64,000 nucleotides of DNA from Cystobasidiomycetes sp. EMM_F5 (taxonomy: Eukaryota): NCBI GenBank assembly GCA_051047955.1, contig JBPGPT010000014.1, positions 248,001-312,000 on the forward strand, read 5' to 3'. The first letter of the stretch is position 1. Every line of letters begins with the position of its first letter. Made by a program: the position numbers and the translations under genes. The notes under the pieces are model-generated. The model was not told the origin of the DNA. It saw only the letters and a list, made by a program, of their open reading frames with translations, and made no database searches. This document shows, one piece after another, positions 28,751 to 41,500 of this stretch.

Positions 28751-30283
28751 CTAATACACAATTTTCTCAGTTTCGAGATGCCACTCGTCCACTTCTGTAT
28801 AACTCGCTATGCGCCTCTTCTTTGCTGCTCTTGCAGCCTATCCGAAATACACATACGCATCAGCGACATCCGAGGCAGTCTATTCAATGTGGACGCACCT
28901 CGTCATCGATAGGATTTGGCAATTTCGTGCCACCTTGCGTATCGTCTTCGTCAGCATTTTCATCTACAATACTCCATTCGTCGCGCTCCGGCGGCACAGG
29001 TATATCCGATGTTGTCGTGGATGGCTTTCGACGCGCGCGTCGGCGTTGGGGGAGAGCCTGGGCTGCGCTGTAACACCGACAGGCATTCAGCTGTCTAATC
29101 AGTCCTTGCATTTGTCCGCAAAAAGCCAACCGACTTGATAGCATCGTCGGAATCATCATGCACAATCTCCTTTGCCACTTCTGTACGGGCTGGTCTAGTC
29201 GTATTGGTTCTTCGATTCCGAATGTTTCGCGTCGGCCGAGGAGGATCCGCAACGACTGATTGAGTGGTCTGCTGAGATCTGCGAGGCGTAGGCGTACGAA
29301 CGGACAACACAGGAACCGTGGCTCGAAGACCGACTCGTTTTGCGCGCTTTGTGGGTTTCGCCTCAAAATTAGTGTTGCGAGAGCGTTGAGCGGACGACAT
29401 CCTTTCATTTGCGCGCTTATGCCCCCCTGGGCGCTGTGAAGAGGCTGACTCGGGCTGAGCCGAAGTTCTGACTGGCGATAAGAGGGCACTCGGGGCGCGC
29501 AAATTGCTGTCATTGCGGTCATTACGTAGGGCATTATGGTGGTCATCATCATCATCGGAGGGCAGGGGGTCGCAGTCGGGAAGCTCAAAATCGTATTCCC
29601 CGTCATCTCGCACAATATCATATGGATTATCCTCGACGTACGAAACGCTTGGCGTGTAAGCTGGTGATGCGGTTCCGGGGATGGGCGAGGCTTGATTAGG
29701 CAGTCTCATGTTGGGCGGATCGCGAGGTTGCGTGAATCTCATCACCATTTGTGGGTGGCCGACGGTGTGCACTGTGCGAATGTCCAAAGTCAATGGCACT
29801 ATAACTTGGCTGCTTCGCGCTGCTGGCAACGTTAGCGTTTGGTCTCGCCCGTATGGATGCATCGACTGCCGATTCAGGCGAACTGGTCGTAGACTCCAGT
29901 GATGAGGCGGACGCGGTGTTCCTTCGAGGCAGAAGGGAAGACGCGCTCGTTGCATGCGGAATACCCGTCGACAGGCCCGGTGAGACCATTATACTGATTG
30001 AGGGGCCTTCGTCTGGCTCATTGCGGAAAGAGAGATTCCGAAGCTCGGTCGAAAGCAGGGTATTCCCTGGGACAGTAACATCGTTGTCGGGGAGTTGTTG
30101 TGTTGTCCTCCTGTGCTCGACAGGTGATTGATCCCCGGACGCCTTCAACACTGGCCTTGCATCGTCAGGAATCGCTACTTTTGTGCGTACAATTGACGGT
30201 GATTCTTCCGTATCGCTGTCGTCTGCTGCGAATAGAGCTAGAGCCCGTGCAGCTGCCTTCGTTAGCGGGATTGGGGTGCGCAT
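28751..30283 (-). CDS. Hypothetical disordered, probably nuclear protein, multi-exon
   Basis: ORFs 29696-30283, 29095-29955 and 28884 onward appear linked by introns. Last exon AARAAKKRRIASYTEVDEWHLETEKIVY*. Basic KR clusters and acidic tracts. Confidence 0.55.
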
Positions 30284-30516
30284 AGCGGGTCATGGAGGAC
30301 GGCAATCTTCTGGTAGACTGATGCGAGATTACATATTCTCATCAGATATCTCGCGCATGTCTACGTTTGTGTACGAGGCTCAAAGGTTTCGGTAGACTTC
30401 CAACCCTCAAATTGTCGTAAAGACTTGGTTGCCATTTGCCCGACCCAAACCCTCGACAATTCCGACGACCCAATCCTGCATTGACCTTCGTCTTCACGCG
30501 CTCCGCCATCTCTGCC

Positions 30517-30996
30517 ATGTCTTCCGCCCCTGCCCGGCCAGAGTCGCCAACCAATACTCCGTCTGGCACGTCGACAGCTTCAAATGCCAGACCCGTAGGC
30601 GCAAAAGCCGTACAAGCTGGCGCGTTAAGGTAGGCAATCATGAAGTTGCGCTTGTTGTGGAAGTGTTTGTTAATACGTGTCAATTGCGCATCTTTGCTGC
30701 GTGTCTGCAGGCGGCGAGCAGCTGCTTTGAATGATGGATCCGAAAAGCCGTTGTCGACAAGAGCAGCAGGAGCAGGAGGGTCTAGTTCCACTATGATGCG
30801 ATTATACACAAACGACGACACGCCCGGTCTCAAAGTGTGAGTGCCAATACAAATTATGCTGCCTGGACGTCGACCTAATTCCGATTCGCGATTTAGGGAC
30901 CCTGTCGTCGTGATGGGTTTGGCAATTGTTTTCATCGGCTCAGTGGTCGTATTACATCTCATCAACAAAGCGACGCGGTTCCTTCTCAAGCAATAG
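30517..30996 (+). CDS. SBH1: Protein translocon subunit Sec61 beta, 3 exons
   Basis: Spliced MSSAPARPESP...GALR/RRAA...STRAAGAGGSSSTMMRLYTNDDTPGLKV/DPVVVMGLAIVFIGSVVVLHLINK. Confidence 0.95.
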
Positions 30997-31239
30997 GTGA
31001 ACAGCGCAGTCAGTCCAGCGAAATTAGTCTGTGAAGCGCATAATGTACGTTGCAAGGGGATGAATCTGCAAGAAATTCGGGATACCTTGTCCTGGCTCTG
31101 GTGGTCAGTTCTACGCTCTGAGCTAACGTACAAACACGACGTTACAATAAGTTGCATGCTATTTCGAAATTGCTGTGCCTGCTGCATATAGGGCCAGCAA
31201 AACGATTGACGCGAATTTTGGCATCTGTCACGCACACAC

Positions 31240-34200
31240 TCACTTGGCAGACTTGCCAGACTGCTCACCGGCCGATAAGCGCGCCTCATGTTGGCGTATT
31301 GCCTTCTTCTCCTGACGGTGCAGGGCCCGTTTCAAATCCTCCCGAGCTTTATCCTCTGCACTCATCTCTTGCTTTCTTCGCTTTCGTATCGCACGGCGTT
31401 CCTTTCGCAGCTCCTCCTTGTCCTTCATTCCAGGTGGAGCAACATACTCCGAATCTTTGCCCGCATTCAAGCAGATCTCATCGATAGAGGCATTTCTCCG
31501 TATCAAGTCCAGCGCTCTATGCATCTCCTATATATATGCAAGACGCATGATCAGCTGGTTGTACTCCGCTCGCCTTTGAGACGACTAACAAGCATTATCT
31601 GGTCTACCATTGTCGGCGATATATTCAAGCAGGTATTTCGAGTGTGTATGAATGGGTCCTGTACAATTAGTTTTTGAGTCCACGTAGGTGGTTGTATGAA
31701 CAATTCCGGGTCTTCGTAGGCTGGGAACGGGAAGAGATTGTCGTTCGGTGAAGCGTCCTGTAGGTTTAGTCCAAGGTGCGCAGAAGCAGGCGCCTGGCCT
31801 GAATGAGCTAGATTTTGCTTCTCTAGATGCCGTAGAGGTGCGGCTGGAGCAGAAGCTGCACGAGCTAATTTCCGCCTCTGTTTCGCTGACGTGTTGAAGT
31901 CGGGTTGGAGGTCCGTCACACCTTGTGCGCGTAGGAGGGCTTCGATCTTCGCTAGGCTTGACTCCTGCTCTTCCCGCTCTCGTCTCTCCTCTTCATCCTC
32001 ACTTGTACTAGAGGACGAGCCAAGCGGGACCTCAGCACCTCCGAGCGTGATCCTACCCTCCGCGACGCCTTGAAAGAGCTCCTCGTCCTCCTCCTCTATG
32101 TCTTCCCGATGAAACTGCTCGCGGTCTTCTGGCAGAAGCACTGTTTGTTGTGCCAAGAAATCTGCTCTTTCGCCCTCCAACTGCGGTCGGAATGCGCCCT
32201 GGCGTCTGTAAGGTTTGCCTCGCCAGATGGAAATAACCGTATCTTCAATGGGGATGCCAGTGTAATAATTGAAGAAGCCTTCGATGAGCATCACGAGATG
32301 CACAGGTCCATCATCTGTTCGCTGCGAAAGCGATACATCTCGATCCTCCTTGTCGCTGTCCCAGGAAGAAGCACCATGCTTATTCTGCGTATTTCGAGGA
32401 TGACCATATGCCTTCGGTGTACTCGTCGCCGAAGATACTGCACTTTGTCCGGCGACCGGAGGCCATGTGATGCGCCATCTAGACTGCGGGGACAGCTTCT
32501 TGACATATGTGGTATCCACAGCCATCGCTCGGAAGTCACCTAAGTTTTTGCCACTTCGCCGCTTCCCGTTGGCGATATTCGGGATTCGTGTCCAGAAGGC
32601 TCTCCGCTCTTCGCCTGCCTCTTTTACAAGAGTCGCATCTTGCAGATTTGGCACCAACCCGATGTGTTGTAGATATGCAATACCCATGAGGATGAGCGAG
32701 TATGATGATAAAGACGTCGGACCTTTCTTCCCTGCAGAATCATTAAGCTTGCGCTGCTTCGCCCAGACTTTCAGGAAAACAAGGAATGGTCGAACAAGGG
32801 GATGAAACTGAACGTATGCTGCAATCAGAGCAGAGTTTCTAACTCCGAGCTGTTCATTACAGTTCTGAAGACCCCAGTCAGCATAGGAAGGCGGCGAATC
32901 GTCAGACGCACTCACTAAGTCCGCCTTGATGCGTTCACGCGAAACGAACTTGATGATTGGCACACCGGCTCTTGCAATAGGCTGAACTTCCAACATTCCC
33001 ATCTTGCGCATGACGCCTGCAACTCTGTATACGTCGTAGACCGGGTCGAGCGCCAAGCGTTGAGGATGAGATGATGCCCACTTTCCACGCTTGGCGCGTT
33101 GCTTCCGGCCAGGACGGTCCGCCTCTTCGTCTGTAGTGGTACTGCTCTCATACTCTGGCAAACCCCTCGTATCGTACAGGTCAAGAGCGTTCCGAAAACC
33201 ATCCAATCTTCTCGGGTCGATAATGCACAAATCCAAGTCGGATTTGTCTGTGTCTAGGCCGTAGGCGGTACTGCCAAACGGCATGATGTTGTATTGAAAG
33301 TCCACTCGCCATTCCTTCAGGAGCCCGTTCAGGCGACGTCGTATATTGTCCATTAACTGCGCTCTCTGGTTCTTCACAATGGGCGATGAACGGTGTCGCT
33401 ATTTAATGACCAGAGAAACAGGATCATTTCATCAGTATGTGCAAATAAGCAAGTAGGCAAGCCATCCCACCCTGTCCAATTCGATGATAGCTTGATTTAG
33501 GCGCTGCCGAGCCTTCTCTGCTGTGCGTGAAGGTGATGCTGGTCCCAATGTCTCCCAGCCCCGATTATCCACGTCTCTCGCCACGGCGTCAATGACTTTA
33601 TCGTTATCGCTTCCATCGCTTTCGTATGCCTCATCATCATCGGTAGTAGTCATGAGAGTATTCGTAGTTTCTGCGCCATTCTCGACAGAAGTCGACATAG
33701 GATACGACGATGACGCATTCTGCTTCTGCCTTGTGCCAATGATAGGAATTGGTTGAGCGGACGTCGAGGCCCGTTGTGGATGCTTCATCCCGTTGTCCTG
33801 GTATGTCACCCTCCCTTTTCGAGCAGCCTGCTGCCTACCAAGATTCGGCTCTGATGATGTTCGCATTTCTGCAAATGTCGGACCTGACCGTTGAGGGTTA
33901 GGCTGGTTAAAGTGATTCAGACCGAGGCCAGCGCGTTGTGGTAGACTTGATTGCAGCTGAGGCGGCGCATAGACACCATTGTGAACGCCAGCTTGCGCTA
34001 CGCGAGGCGAATGATAGCGTGTCTCGGGAGAAGAATGTTGCGCATCTATCATATCGCGTCGAGCTACTCCATCCTCGTCGGCCGTTATTGTCTTATCAGC
34101 ATCGATTGCATCGATATTCGGCTGATGATTGTGCCTCGTATCGAAACCCTGCCCAACAAAATCGCTTTGGCCACTAATCCGGAAACCATTCGCATGATGT

Positions 34201-35633
34201 TGTAGAATTGGCGAGCGAAATGAAAGTTTGGTGCGATTCGCAAGCTCTTGTAAAACGACATGCGGATCAACCCTATTCTGCACACTACGAATAGCGTTTG
34301 AATCTTCAATACCCGTAGATTCCTCATGGTATGGAGGAGTACTGAAGCGGATACTTGCATCTTCGTCATTTTGCGGTGTTCCTAACGTAGGCGATCCTAA
34401 TGTTGGTGGATCAATTGAGAAAGTCCCGTTTGAGCTGCCGCACATCATCGGTGATCGCGGTACGCGCTTGCCACTCGCTGTACGCTCGGCAAGCAGAGGT
34501 GCGCTTGAGTTAGCAGGACGGGTACTCACGGCACCAGTACTAGATAAGGTATAACTGTCTGCTTTGTTTGACGCCGTTGACATAGGCGGATCTTGGGAAG
34601 TTATTGTTTGCGCTGTTGATTTCGAAGCAGGATTGGTATCGTATAGGCGAGTCTCTCTTAAGGCCGCCGAAAGGTAATTAGAAGGAGTAGAACTTTGTAC
34701 AGACGGCAATGCAGCCCTTGCGTTGACATGCGGTTGAGACATCTCGTGAGATGAGAATGTTTTTGTCTCATTTTGTCCATTATCGCTTGTGCTGCTCTTG
34801 TCGCGACGCTGCTGTGAGTGTAGATCCCTTTCCACAGCTTGTATCGTATGTAGAGGAGCAGTTGCAGGCAAAGGCGCATATGGGGCATCCTCCGTGGAGG
34901 ATGCGACTGATTCTGCGGGACTTGGCAACGGATGTAAGGTATCGCCTTCAACATCCTCATCACTGCGGACTTGCACCGCGTTGGGTGAGATTATTGAGCC
35001 AAAGACCTGCTTCGATTCGTCTCGTCGATGCTGTGTTTCCCCATCTGTCCCACTAAAGGTTGTCCAACCACTCGTATTTGCCGCACTTGATCCGCTAGAT
35101 GACGTTCTGGCCATCTCTGCGGCGCTACTCTGATCTGTGATAGCATCGTCTGCCGTCACTTCTTCCCTCTGCTTGCCTTTCGTGACTCGCGACAATGTCG
35201 GTGTCGTCTCCTGTGGCGTTGCATTGTTGCTAGACATGTTGCGCGTAAGTACGCTCGCGGGCACAAACGTTGGTCCAGCTTTCCCTTTGTACAGGTACGG
35301 CATACTTGATGTGGAAGTCGATGTAGAAGCATTTTTCCCAGTATTGTGCATCCGCGCTCCTCTTTCGTTGTCAATGTCATTGTTGTCATCGTTTCCGGTC
35401 ATTCGACATTTTCGTGATTCTTTCAGATGCTGATGAACGAGGTTTTGGTTGGCGAATGCAGCATCGCACGTGAAGCATCTATGCTTTCCTCCTCCAGCCT
35501 GGTTCGGTTCTGTCTGGATAATGTTACCCCGATTGCCGCTAGGTTGTTTGCCATCGCGCTGCAGAATCGTATAGACCCTGTCCTCCTTTGCGGTACCGCT
35601 AGCTTTAGCATGCCTCTGTTTGCCTTTAGCCAT
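31240..35633 (-). CDS. Cid1/Trf4-family non-canonical poly(A)/poly(U) terminal nucleotidyltransferase with N-terminal C2H2-like zinc finger and long disordered region (3' end uncertain, about 31140-31240)
   Basis: Pol-beta NTase motif PFGSTAYGLDTDKSDLDLCI, then ARAGVPIIKF, DL/NCNEQLGVRNS, LKVWAKQRKLND, LSSYSLILMGIAYLQ and PAP-associated LIVQDPFIHTRN. N-terminal CFTCDAAFANQNLVHQH. Confidence 0.88.
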
Positions 35634-36142
35634 GTTGAATGAAGTCGTACGCAGCCGCGTTACTTGGCTGAATAATATCGAGAATGGTACTGCAGGATCA
35701 CGTATGACGGAATGAAATGGTGACGGCGATGATGAGATTTGCGCAGTGCCCGCCCGAACCAAGAGCTGGCTATTCGCACATATTGGATGGAAACATGCCC
35801 GGGTCAGGCATATGTTCATAGGCTCATTGGTAAAGCGAGTGACCTAGTAAAACGCCTTCATCGTTTGCACAACATCGGACGGCATGATCGAGACCGACAC
35901 CGACGGAGTGTCGAAAGGCTGCAGTATTCATTGCTGGAACGCATGGCCAGTCTCACACCAGCTCACTTCTCGTACGCTCGAACGACTTTCGATAGATTAT
36001 TATACGAATGTTTATCACAACGCACTTCCTGGTCGCAGTTGGCTGTATATTCGTGTGTAGTGGCTCACAGGCCGTACATTATGATATATCCTAAAGGCTT
36101 TTATCTCGTATATTTGCAGAGAGTGACATTGCCTTCGATCGC

Positions 36143-36883
36143 TCAATCTGTATTGGAAGAACAGGTTAAGTCAGTCGGTGCAGGTAATGGTTGAGCATCT
36201 CTACGAACATTTGAGGATCTGTGAGGGGTTGTTGGAAATGAGGATGGTAATTAGTGCCTTGACTGGCAGGATAGATAGCGATGCTGCGTACAATGTATAG
36301 GGCATGGATCTACAGGTCGGTAGAAGTAAGCCAGATGACTACAACATATTGAAAAGCGACTCACGATTCCGGGAATGTATCCGACTGCGATGTGCCGTGT
36401 CGCAGATCAGTAGGCTGATCAAAATAGTATAGCGAAATAACCCTTCAAGACACTCACGGACGGTCAACAGGATGCTGGAGGGGTGTGATGTCAGAATGAC
36501 AACAAGAAGTATTCAGCACTGTGTAACTCACTTGATGAGGAAATCAGCACCGCATCCACGTTCTGTTGCAGGAGATGGGAGTGACAAGTCATACATTCAG
36601 CACGTAGGCCAGGGGGACCGAGCGTATCAAGCATACTCACCGAGGAATACACCGAGAGGTGGGAGGATGATGGCCTGTAATCATGCACAGGGAGGTGGAT
36701 CATGCACAGTGAGTCAGTTCATCGTCGTGTGTCTTCTGGCTTGCACACTTCGAGGCACTCCGTCGTCATGGCCGAATCCAGCCCATCCCCCAAAACGTGC
36801 CATGAGAAATTGCATCGACTCGACCTATCCTAACGACAACTCACAAGAATGATCTTGCAGATATCTCCAGCTGTGAAGGCCAT
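36143..36883 (-). CDS. PMP3: Plasma membrane proteolipid Pmp3 (57 aa) encoded by 8 coding micro-exons
   Basis: Exons 36883-36845, 36674-36641, 36562-36532, 36474-36458, 36384-36365, 36309-36292, 36218-36209 and 36147-36143 total 174 nt with all GT-AG junctions. They give MAFTAGDICKIILAIILPPLGVFLERGCGADFLINILLTVLGYIPGIIHALYIILKY*. Confidence 0.96.
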
Positions 36884-37341
36884 GTCTGTTGGTTGTGCTT
36901 TGTTGGGTGACTGTTTCGACTGAAATTTCGAACCAAGGCAAAGGTGTCAGCGATACCGTATCAAGCAGGGCGACGACAGGACATTCAGTATGAATGTAGA
37001 GTCTCGCAGGTGAGAATCACAAACACTTACGGTTGTCGAGAATGTATGATCCGGTGCAGTGCGATGGTGTCAAGGGCAGCAGCAGCGTCAGAACAGCTCT
37101 CCCTCCAACTGCCTCACTGCCTCTCACGTCACCGGCGTGATCGGGATATTGGCCTTGAATGCCGAGACGTCAAGCAATGCTTTGGGGTCTCCTACCCACG
37201 CAGGCTAACTACGATACATGTTTATCGTAATGCGCGAATAGCTAGTCTGACAGATATTCGAATGGAAATGTTCGTGTACAAGTCTGAGAGAGACAGAAGT
37301 TATCGCTGCTGTTGCTTCTTCGCAATCACCACTCAACAAAC

Positions 37342-38377
37342 ATGCACAAGCTGAGTGCTGTAGCCTATCGCAGCCTTACTGCCAGCTTGACACCGTCCAC
37401 CTGCTGTCTGTGCCCGTTATCATCTACCAGACTCGCACAGACCAGTCTCGGCTATCGACACGCTTCCACATCCTCCGCTCGGCCAGGCATACGCCGCTCT
37501 TCATACGAGTACGATACTCAGACTCAGCAATGGATAAAGCAGTCAAATACCGGCAGAGTCCGACAAGCGATGCGACAGCGGCAGGAGGTGCTCGACGAAG
37601 AGCACAATGTACAAAACAGGCAGCTACGAGCAGCAGAAGCAGCGAGCATACAGGCCGTGGGAGACACAGTGCATGGACTGCCTATAACCCCATCACCAAA
37701 GGAAGTGGACGAAGTGATAGCCTCGCAAAAGGATGACTCAAGACCGAATCGATACGTTAGAGGGCAAGACTCGGCTTCCCTTCAGGTAGGCCGTGTACTC
37801 CCTCCATTCACAACCTGGACTTACGTGTCGCAACAGGTCAGGCTGGGCGAATCATTCCAAGGCATAAAAATGCCAATAAGGCCTTCTCCACCCGAATCTG
37901 ATCAATGCTGCATGTCTGGGTGTCCACGTTGCGTATACGACGTATACACTGAAGATCTACAGCTCTACCACGAAGCGACGTCGAGTGCCCGTGCGAGATT
38001 GCGAAAGATGGGCGTAGCGGAAGCGACTTGGCCAAAACAGCTCCAAGTGTCGTCTGTAGCAAGAAAGGTCGCAGATACTCAAGCAATGGCAGGGGGTAGT
38101 GAAGAAGATGAAGAGCTCGCTGCTCAAATGGCAGCAGAGGAGGTATCTTACGAGATTAGGGAACTCGATATCAGTCTGAGAACGTGAGTTGTCCTTCTCT
38201 CCGCAAACAACAAGCCGGTGCAATGCTAATCCTCATGTGTATCGTCTCAGCTTCCTGGAATTTGAGAGACAGCTCCGCAGAAAGAGAGCGGCAGAACAAG
38301 CTAACCGGATATCTCTCGCTCATGTGTCGTCAATGCCTGATTCGCCATCTACAAGGCGAATCGCAGCGAGCGCGTGA
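37342..38377 (+). CDS. Oxidoreductase-like domain protein (OXLD1-like), probably mitochondrial
   Basis: Presequence-like N-terminus, motif PIRPSPPESDQCCMSGCPRCVYDVY and C-terminal DISLR/..FLEFERQL. Confidence 0.82.
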
Positions 38378-38544
38378 ACACAAAGACAATCTAGACGCTG
38401 CGAACAGCACGGATAGACACAATCCCATCTGCAAGGTGGCAACACAATCTCCTGTGACGACAAGGTGCATTTGGAGCGTCTATGCTATCCCTTGAGGTCA
38501 CAAGGACCTCTGATTGTACACCCGGTATGCCCGTCTCCTACATC

Positions 38545-41500
38545 TTAATGCCCCGTACTTCTTCCAATGGCGATTGCAGTACCTTCTATCTCCGGAAGGG
38601 GAGTCGCGCCCTGCAGTGTTGGAGTCGGCAAGAAATCCGCCTTGACGAGCCAAGCGAGGTATCTTCCCATTAGATTTGCATCAACTGGCATGCGGTCCTC
38701 CTGGCCGGCTGCTCGCAAAAGAGCACATGTATTGGTGTCGTCAAGCTCTGGCGATTTCGTGCTTGTAGGCAGGTCGTCCAAGACATAGTGCAGTAATGGA
38801 AAAAGTGCACTGTCGCCTACTTCCATCACGTACTGCTCCAATTTGGTCCGCCATACAAGATATTCAGCTCTCTCAATCTTGTAGCCGTACGTCGAGAGGG
38901 CAGCAAGGAAATCATTGAAACGGACATTTGGTCGCTGAGTGACTTGATAGACCATGAGCGACTCGGTCGTCTTGCGGAGCATTGCCAGCGAGACTATCTT
39001 TGCGACGTGGTCGACGGGACTCAAGTTGATGGTGTTGTAAATGTCAGGCGTGAGACCCAGCTGAATGCAACCTTTGACGAGTCGCCATACAAAGTCGTCG
39101 GTGTTTGTTACGGCAGACATAGAATCGCCTAGAATGTATGCAGGCCGAATAATGCTGGTCTTGAGACCTCGTCGACCAGCTTCCATGAGCAGTCGCTCAG
39201 CCACCCACTTGGATTGGCCATACCCGCTCGACAGACCCGTGAGCGACCCGTCAAGAGTGTCAGATTCTTCGATACCTCTGCCACCACGCGCGAGTGACGC
39301 GTCGGAGAGCCGAAGGTAGTAGTTTGGTGTCTCAAATACTGCAGTCGTAGAGATAAAAGTGAGGCTCTTGGTGTGATGCTGCTGCGAAAGTGCAATCATG
39401 TTGAGCGTGCTCACGACATTTGTCTGTCGCAAGCGATTGTATGGATAGACCCAGTGCACGACCGCACCATTATGCACAATCGCATCTGTCTGCTCCGCTA
39501 CGTACTTCCAGTCGGATTCTGACATACCGATACTAGACTTGTCGAGGTCTCCTAGCACAACCTCAATACGGCGCGAGATGATCCAATCCTCGTCCCAAGC
39601 TCCACGTGCTTGTGAGCTGCTTCGCAACCGGTCCAGCGCAGCTTCTACCGACGATGCTCGGATATGGCAGATAACTTTGGCTACCTCGTTTGTCCGGCTG
39701 AGCAGATCTTTGAGAATGAAAGCACCAAGGAAGCCTGTAGCACCGGTGAGGAACACCGTTTGAGGGCTATTGGACTGTACAGGGGCTTCATATTTGGCTT
39801 GTAATCTTTCCATTATCTTTGCGGCATCAGCGGCATACTCGTTGCTTATTGGCGTAGCAGGAGCTTTGTTCGTGCGAGAGGAAATAGGTGCAAGCTTGCC
39901 GTTAACGGTAGAAGCTGAGGCAGTACTGCTTGAAGCACCATCTTTCGCGCCATTGGCTAGACCAAAGTCACTGCCGCGCAATTCATCGATAGCAGAAGAG
40001 AGAAGCTGTATAGTAGGGCAAGAGAATACGAGTCCAAGAGGTGCGTTTGTGACTAGCGCTTTGCGAATTTCGAAAATAAGCCTAGTGGCCAAGATGGAGT
40101 GTCCGCCCAGATCGAAGAAGCTTTCGTCGATAGGGATGCTAGACGGTGCAGATGGCAGTAGCCTTGTCCAGATATTGTGAATCGTCTGTTCTGTAGGGGT
40201 AAGATTACGCCTTGCCCCATCCGTCTTACTGGATGATGACGCAGTAGCTGCCGCGACGGCTGTGTCTGGAAAGGGTAGAGCGGGCTTGTCTATCTTGCCG
40301 TTCGGATTCAGTGGCATTCGCTTCAGCGGTACAAATACTGTGTATTGTGTCGCGGCACAGATAGGGGTGTCAGCTGAAAGCGTGTCTGCGGCACGCAGCG
40401 AGGGAAGACATACGAGTAGGGATGGAATAGCTCGGCAGTTTCGTCTTGAGGTAGTCTCTGATATCCTTAATCAAACGACGATATCGCTTAACGCCCCGAA
40501 GCACCTCTGCATTCTTGTCGCCGGCCTTGCCGGATCCGCTCTCATCGGCCGATGAAACGAGCTTATCGAGATCGCCGCCTTCAAGTGGAACAAAGTAGCT
40601 GACCAGGACTTTCTCCTCATCCTTGTCTCTTCGGACCAACGTAACGTTCTCGCGAACGAGAGGATGTCTGGACAGATGCGTATCGATTTCACCGAGCTCA
40701 ATACGGAATCCACGAATCTTTATCTGGTCATCCGCTCTTCCAGTACATTCAACCATGCCATCCGGGCCGTAACGGCCAAGGTCGCCTGTACGATACATTC
40801 GATCACGGACGCCCAGCCAATGTTTGCTCTCTGGTCCGCCTCGCGCTGCAATCTCATCATTGAATTGCATACCTTCGGTGAACCAATTCTTGAGGAATTT
40901 CTCGGCCGTAGCGTCTGGCAATTCTAGGTAGCCTTCCGCCAGACCACCTGAACGAACGTAAATTTCGCCAATCTCGCCAACACCGCAGACCGCGTTCCGG
41001 TCGTTACGATTGACAACAATTAGTTGAACGTTGATCATACCGCTACCGGCAGGCATAATATCTTTGCGGGTCTTGAGGAATGTTGGATCTTCATTGAGTG
41101 GGGGTATCGGGAAATACGACACAGCTCGCTGAGTTTCCGTCGTACCAAACATATTTACGATTCGCACGTTCGGCGCTAATGCTTGTAGACGGCTACAGTC
41201 ACGCTTGGTAAGGATATCGCCGACGAAGAATGCATTTCGCAGGGTAGGGATCTGCTTGATGGCGTTTGCAGATAAAAGCTGACCCATTGCAGGTGTTAAA
41301 TGCGTGACGGTACATTCATGCTCTGCGATCCACTCTGCGAGTCTGCCTGGAGTGGCAATATCATCTGCAGTAGGGATATGCAGCTGTGCGCCAAGAAAAA
41401 GGGGAGTAAAGATGTCCCGTTGTATTGGATCATGCGCGATACCGCTCAGCATCGTGAACTTCTCTTCCGATGACATACCGAACCGCTGAGACATCCATGG

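Noticed and set aside
30342..31289. 315-aa minus-strand ORF that looked like a gene or a C-terminal extension of the nucleotidyltransferase
   Set aside because: It is antisense to the clearly conserved spliced Sec61-beta gene and has no recognisable domain, so it is treated as a shadow ORF.
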